Source of the DNA: Paraphysomonas bandaiensis
Taxonomy: Eukaryota > Protista > Chrysophyceae
Assembly: GCA_965644295.1 (NCBI GenBank)
Contig: CBFFRP010000304.1
Coordinates: 1-37,255, forward strand
Length of the DNA stretch: 37,255 bases
Direction: 5' to 3'
Within the stretch, counting starts at the first letter, position 1; each line of letters begins with the position of its first letter. The translations under genes were made by a program, and so were the position numbers. The notes below the pieces were generated by a model that did not search any database, was not told the origin of the DNA, and worked only from the letters and a program-made list of their open reading frames with translations. This document shows, one piece after another, positions 35,215 through 37,255 of this stretch.

Positions 35215-36477
35215 TTACAATTCATTGTTACTAATAGCAGAAGTAAGACTTGTTATTCTATCTATAATAATATTTGCAACATGTTCAGGTGAGTAACTCA
35301 TTTTAACGAATTTTTGTGCTTTATGTCCTATCCGCTTTCCTTGCATTGGGTTACGGTGCAAATAACTCATTAGCTGTTGCAAATGCTGTACACTCGGCTC
35401 AGCTGTGCCATCACGGTTCAGCGTGTACTCTAAAGGATAGGAATGATTGTGTTTCATGTACATAGTCGGTCCGCTGTAATTGGTAACTATTACAGGTAGA
35501 CCGGCCGCCATAGCTTCTATACAAGGTAAGCACCAACCTTCCCCTCTGGAGGGAAGAACAAAGGCATCAGCTGTTCTATAAAGAGTGCGCAGTTCCGATT
35601 TACTCAATTCGTTGTGTATTAATCTAACCTTGGCCAATGATTTCATTGGACGATTGAAAATGCGTCGAGCGTAGGAATCAAATACTTTCAATAGATTTGT
35701 AGGTCCTGGCACCCAGTGCGGCTTGTAAGATCGAATTACTAACTCTACTTCATCCTCACTTGTAAATATGCTCCAAAAGGCGCTCAAGAGTATATCCCAA
35801 CCTTTCCTATGCTCGTGTTTGTACGTTGATACAAAGCGGTATACTCCACTTTTCTTCGGCGGCAAAATACCGGAACTATCATCATCAGTCTTGTCAGCGT
35901 AGAAGTCAATATTAACAGCTTCAGGAACGACATGAACTTTACCCGCAGGAACACCATGAGATATAAAAACATGCATATGAAAGTAAGATGGTACCCACAC
36001 TTCGTCTACTTCTTTGATATCTTCAATATCTTGAACAGACAAATAATTTGATTCAGTCATCATTCGACCAATCACATACTTTGGACGATTAGTAGATATT
36101 CGAGTCACTTCAGGACGAAAATTTGAATCTGGAAGTTTGTGATGTATGAGTATACTTCCTTTTAATAAAGGAGTATGTGTAGTGTATTGGGTTTGTAGCT
36201 GGTGTATTATAGAGGCCTCTTGAGGGATTAATGTTGATAAAAACTGCTCTGTACATTGTCCAATATCAAGAAACAGTTGATTATGAGGTAACTGTGATGA
36301 TAATCCATATAAAATAGTTGATATTTCATTAAAAAATCCTGATGAATCACATCCAATAGGTGCATACCATATAACAGGAGGGAACTCGATGGCTCTAGAT
36401 GATATAGAGGCTACAGAGACTATAGATGGTAGAGTATATATCATAATACAATAAAATACAAGTAAACACCATAACAT
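35215..36477 (-). CDS. GT4/GT-B glycosyltransferase with signal anchor
   Basis: DEVWVPSYF, RKGWDILL and FVLPSRGEGWCLPCIEAMAAGLPVI (EX7E motif). Confidence 0.9.
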   Translation of the reverse strand: MLWCLLVFYCIMIYTLPSIVSVASISSRAIEFPPVIWYAPIGCDSSGFFNEISTILYGLSSQLPHNQLFLDIGQCTEQFLSTLIPQEASIIHQLQTQYTTHTPLLKGSILIHHKLPDSNFRPEVTRISTNRPKYVIGRMMTESNYLSVQDIEDIKEVDEVWVPSYFHMHVFISHGVPAGKVHVVPEAVNIDFYADKTDDDSSGILPPKKSGVYRFVSTYKHEHRKGWDILLSAFWSIFTSEDEVELVIRSYKPHWVPGPTNLLKVFDSYARRIFNRPMKSLAKVRLIHNELSKSELRTLYRTADAFVLPSRGEGWCLPCIEAMAAGLPVIVTNYSGPTMYMKHNHSYPLEYTLNRDGTAEPSVQHLQQLMSYLHRNPMQGKRIGHKAQKFVKMSYSPEHVANIIIDRITSLTSAISNNEL

Positions 36478-36729
36478 TATATACTAATATCCTAACAATA
36501 ATATCTATGGATATTAGAAGAATATGATGGAGTATGCAATGGAATTGTTAGCTATGAGGTCAGTGTACATACTGCTGTATGGAGTATTCATGGTAATTGA
36601 GATAAGAAGGACAGCATATGGATAAATATAATATTTATATTTGGATAAATATAATATATATTTATATAATACTAGGTTTCCTGGTAGAAACATGGGATTT
36701 TTACAGCACCTTTGAAATCGTAGTGTACA

Positions 36730-37255
36730 GTATGTATGTATGTATGTATGTATGTATGTATGTATGTATGTATGTATGTATGTATGTATGTATGTATGTA
36801 TGTATGTATGTATGTATGTATGTATGTATGTATGTATGTATGTATGTATGTATGTATGTATGTATGTATGTATGTATGTATGTATGTATGTATGTATGTA
36901 TGTATGTATGTATGTATGTATGTATGTATGTATGTATGTATGTATGTATGTATGTATGTATGTATGTATGTATGTATGTATGTATGTATGTATGTATGTA
37001 TGTATGTATGTATGTATGTATGTATGTATGTATGTATGTATGTATGTATGTATGTATGTATGTATGTATGTATGTATGTATGTATGTATGTATGTATGTA
37101 TGTATGTATGTATGTATGTATGTATGTATGTATGTATGTATGTATGTATGTATGTATGTATGTATGTATGTATGTATGTATGTATGTATGTATGTATGTA
37201 TGTATGTATGTATGTATGTATGTATGTATGTATGTATGTATGTATGTATGTATGT
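36730..37255. repeat. (TATG)n microsatellite running to the window end
   Basis: More than 520 bp of pure repeat. Confidence 0.98.

Noticed and set aside
36730-37255. Telomere
   Set aside because: TATG lacks G-runs and the same repeat occurs internally; more likely a microsatellite at a contig break.

Overview
Eukaryotic, gene-dense genomic DNA with short (~45-100 nt) GT-AG introns. The gene content suggests a stramenopile/ochrophyte-type protist (inference). Host genes: CARM1/PRMT4, ankyrin-DHHC palmitoyltransferase, SGNH hydrolase, cytochrome b5-fused front-end desaturase, myristoylated EF-hand protein, mucin-like membrane protein, Cys-rich protein, hybrid histidine kinase, 1-Cys peroxiredoxin and a GT4 glycosyltransferase. 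Between the SGNH and desaturase genes lies a ~10 kb accessory island (~6990-16690) with three parts. (i) An apparently intact, intron-containing Crypton-like tyrosine recombinase (YR), bracketed by inverted GC-rich hairpin motifs and followed by an array in which a ~46-bp motif alternates with two classes of intervening sequence. (ii) A diverged, internally deleted sister copy sharing the same 5' motif and the same ~60-bp 3' element. (iii) A mosaic of short foreign fragments (copia-type gag/LTR, Zn-finger, UL9-like viral helicase, AT-rich virus-like structural genes, a dispersed repeat) plus a coiled-coil kinase. All family assignments come from motifs recognised by eye; no searches were run.
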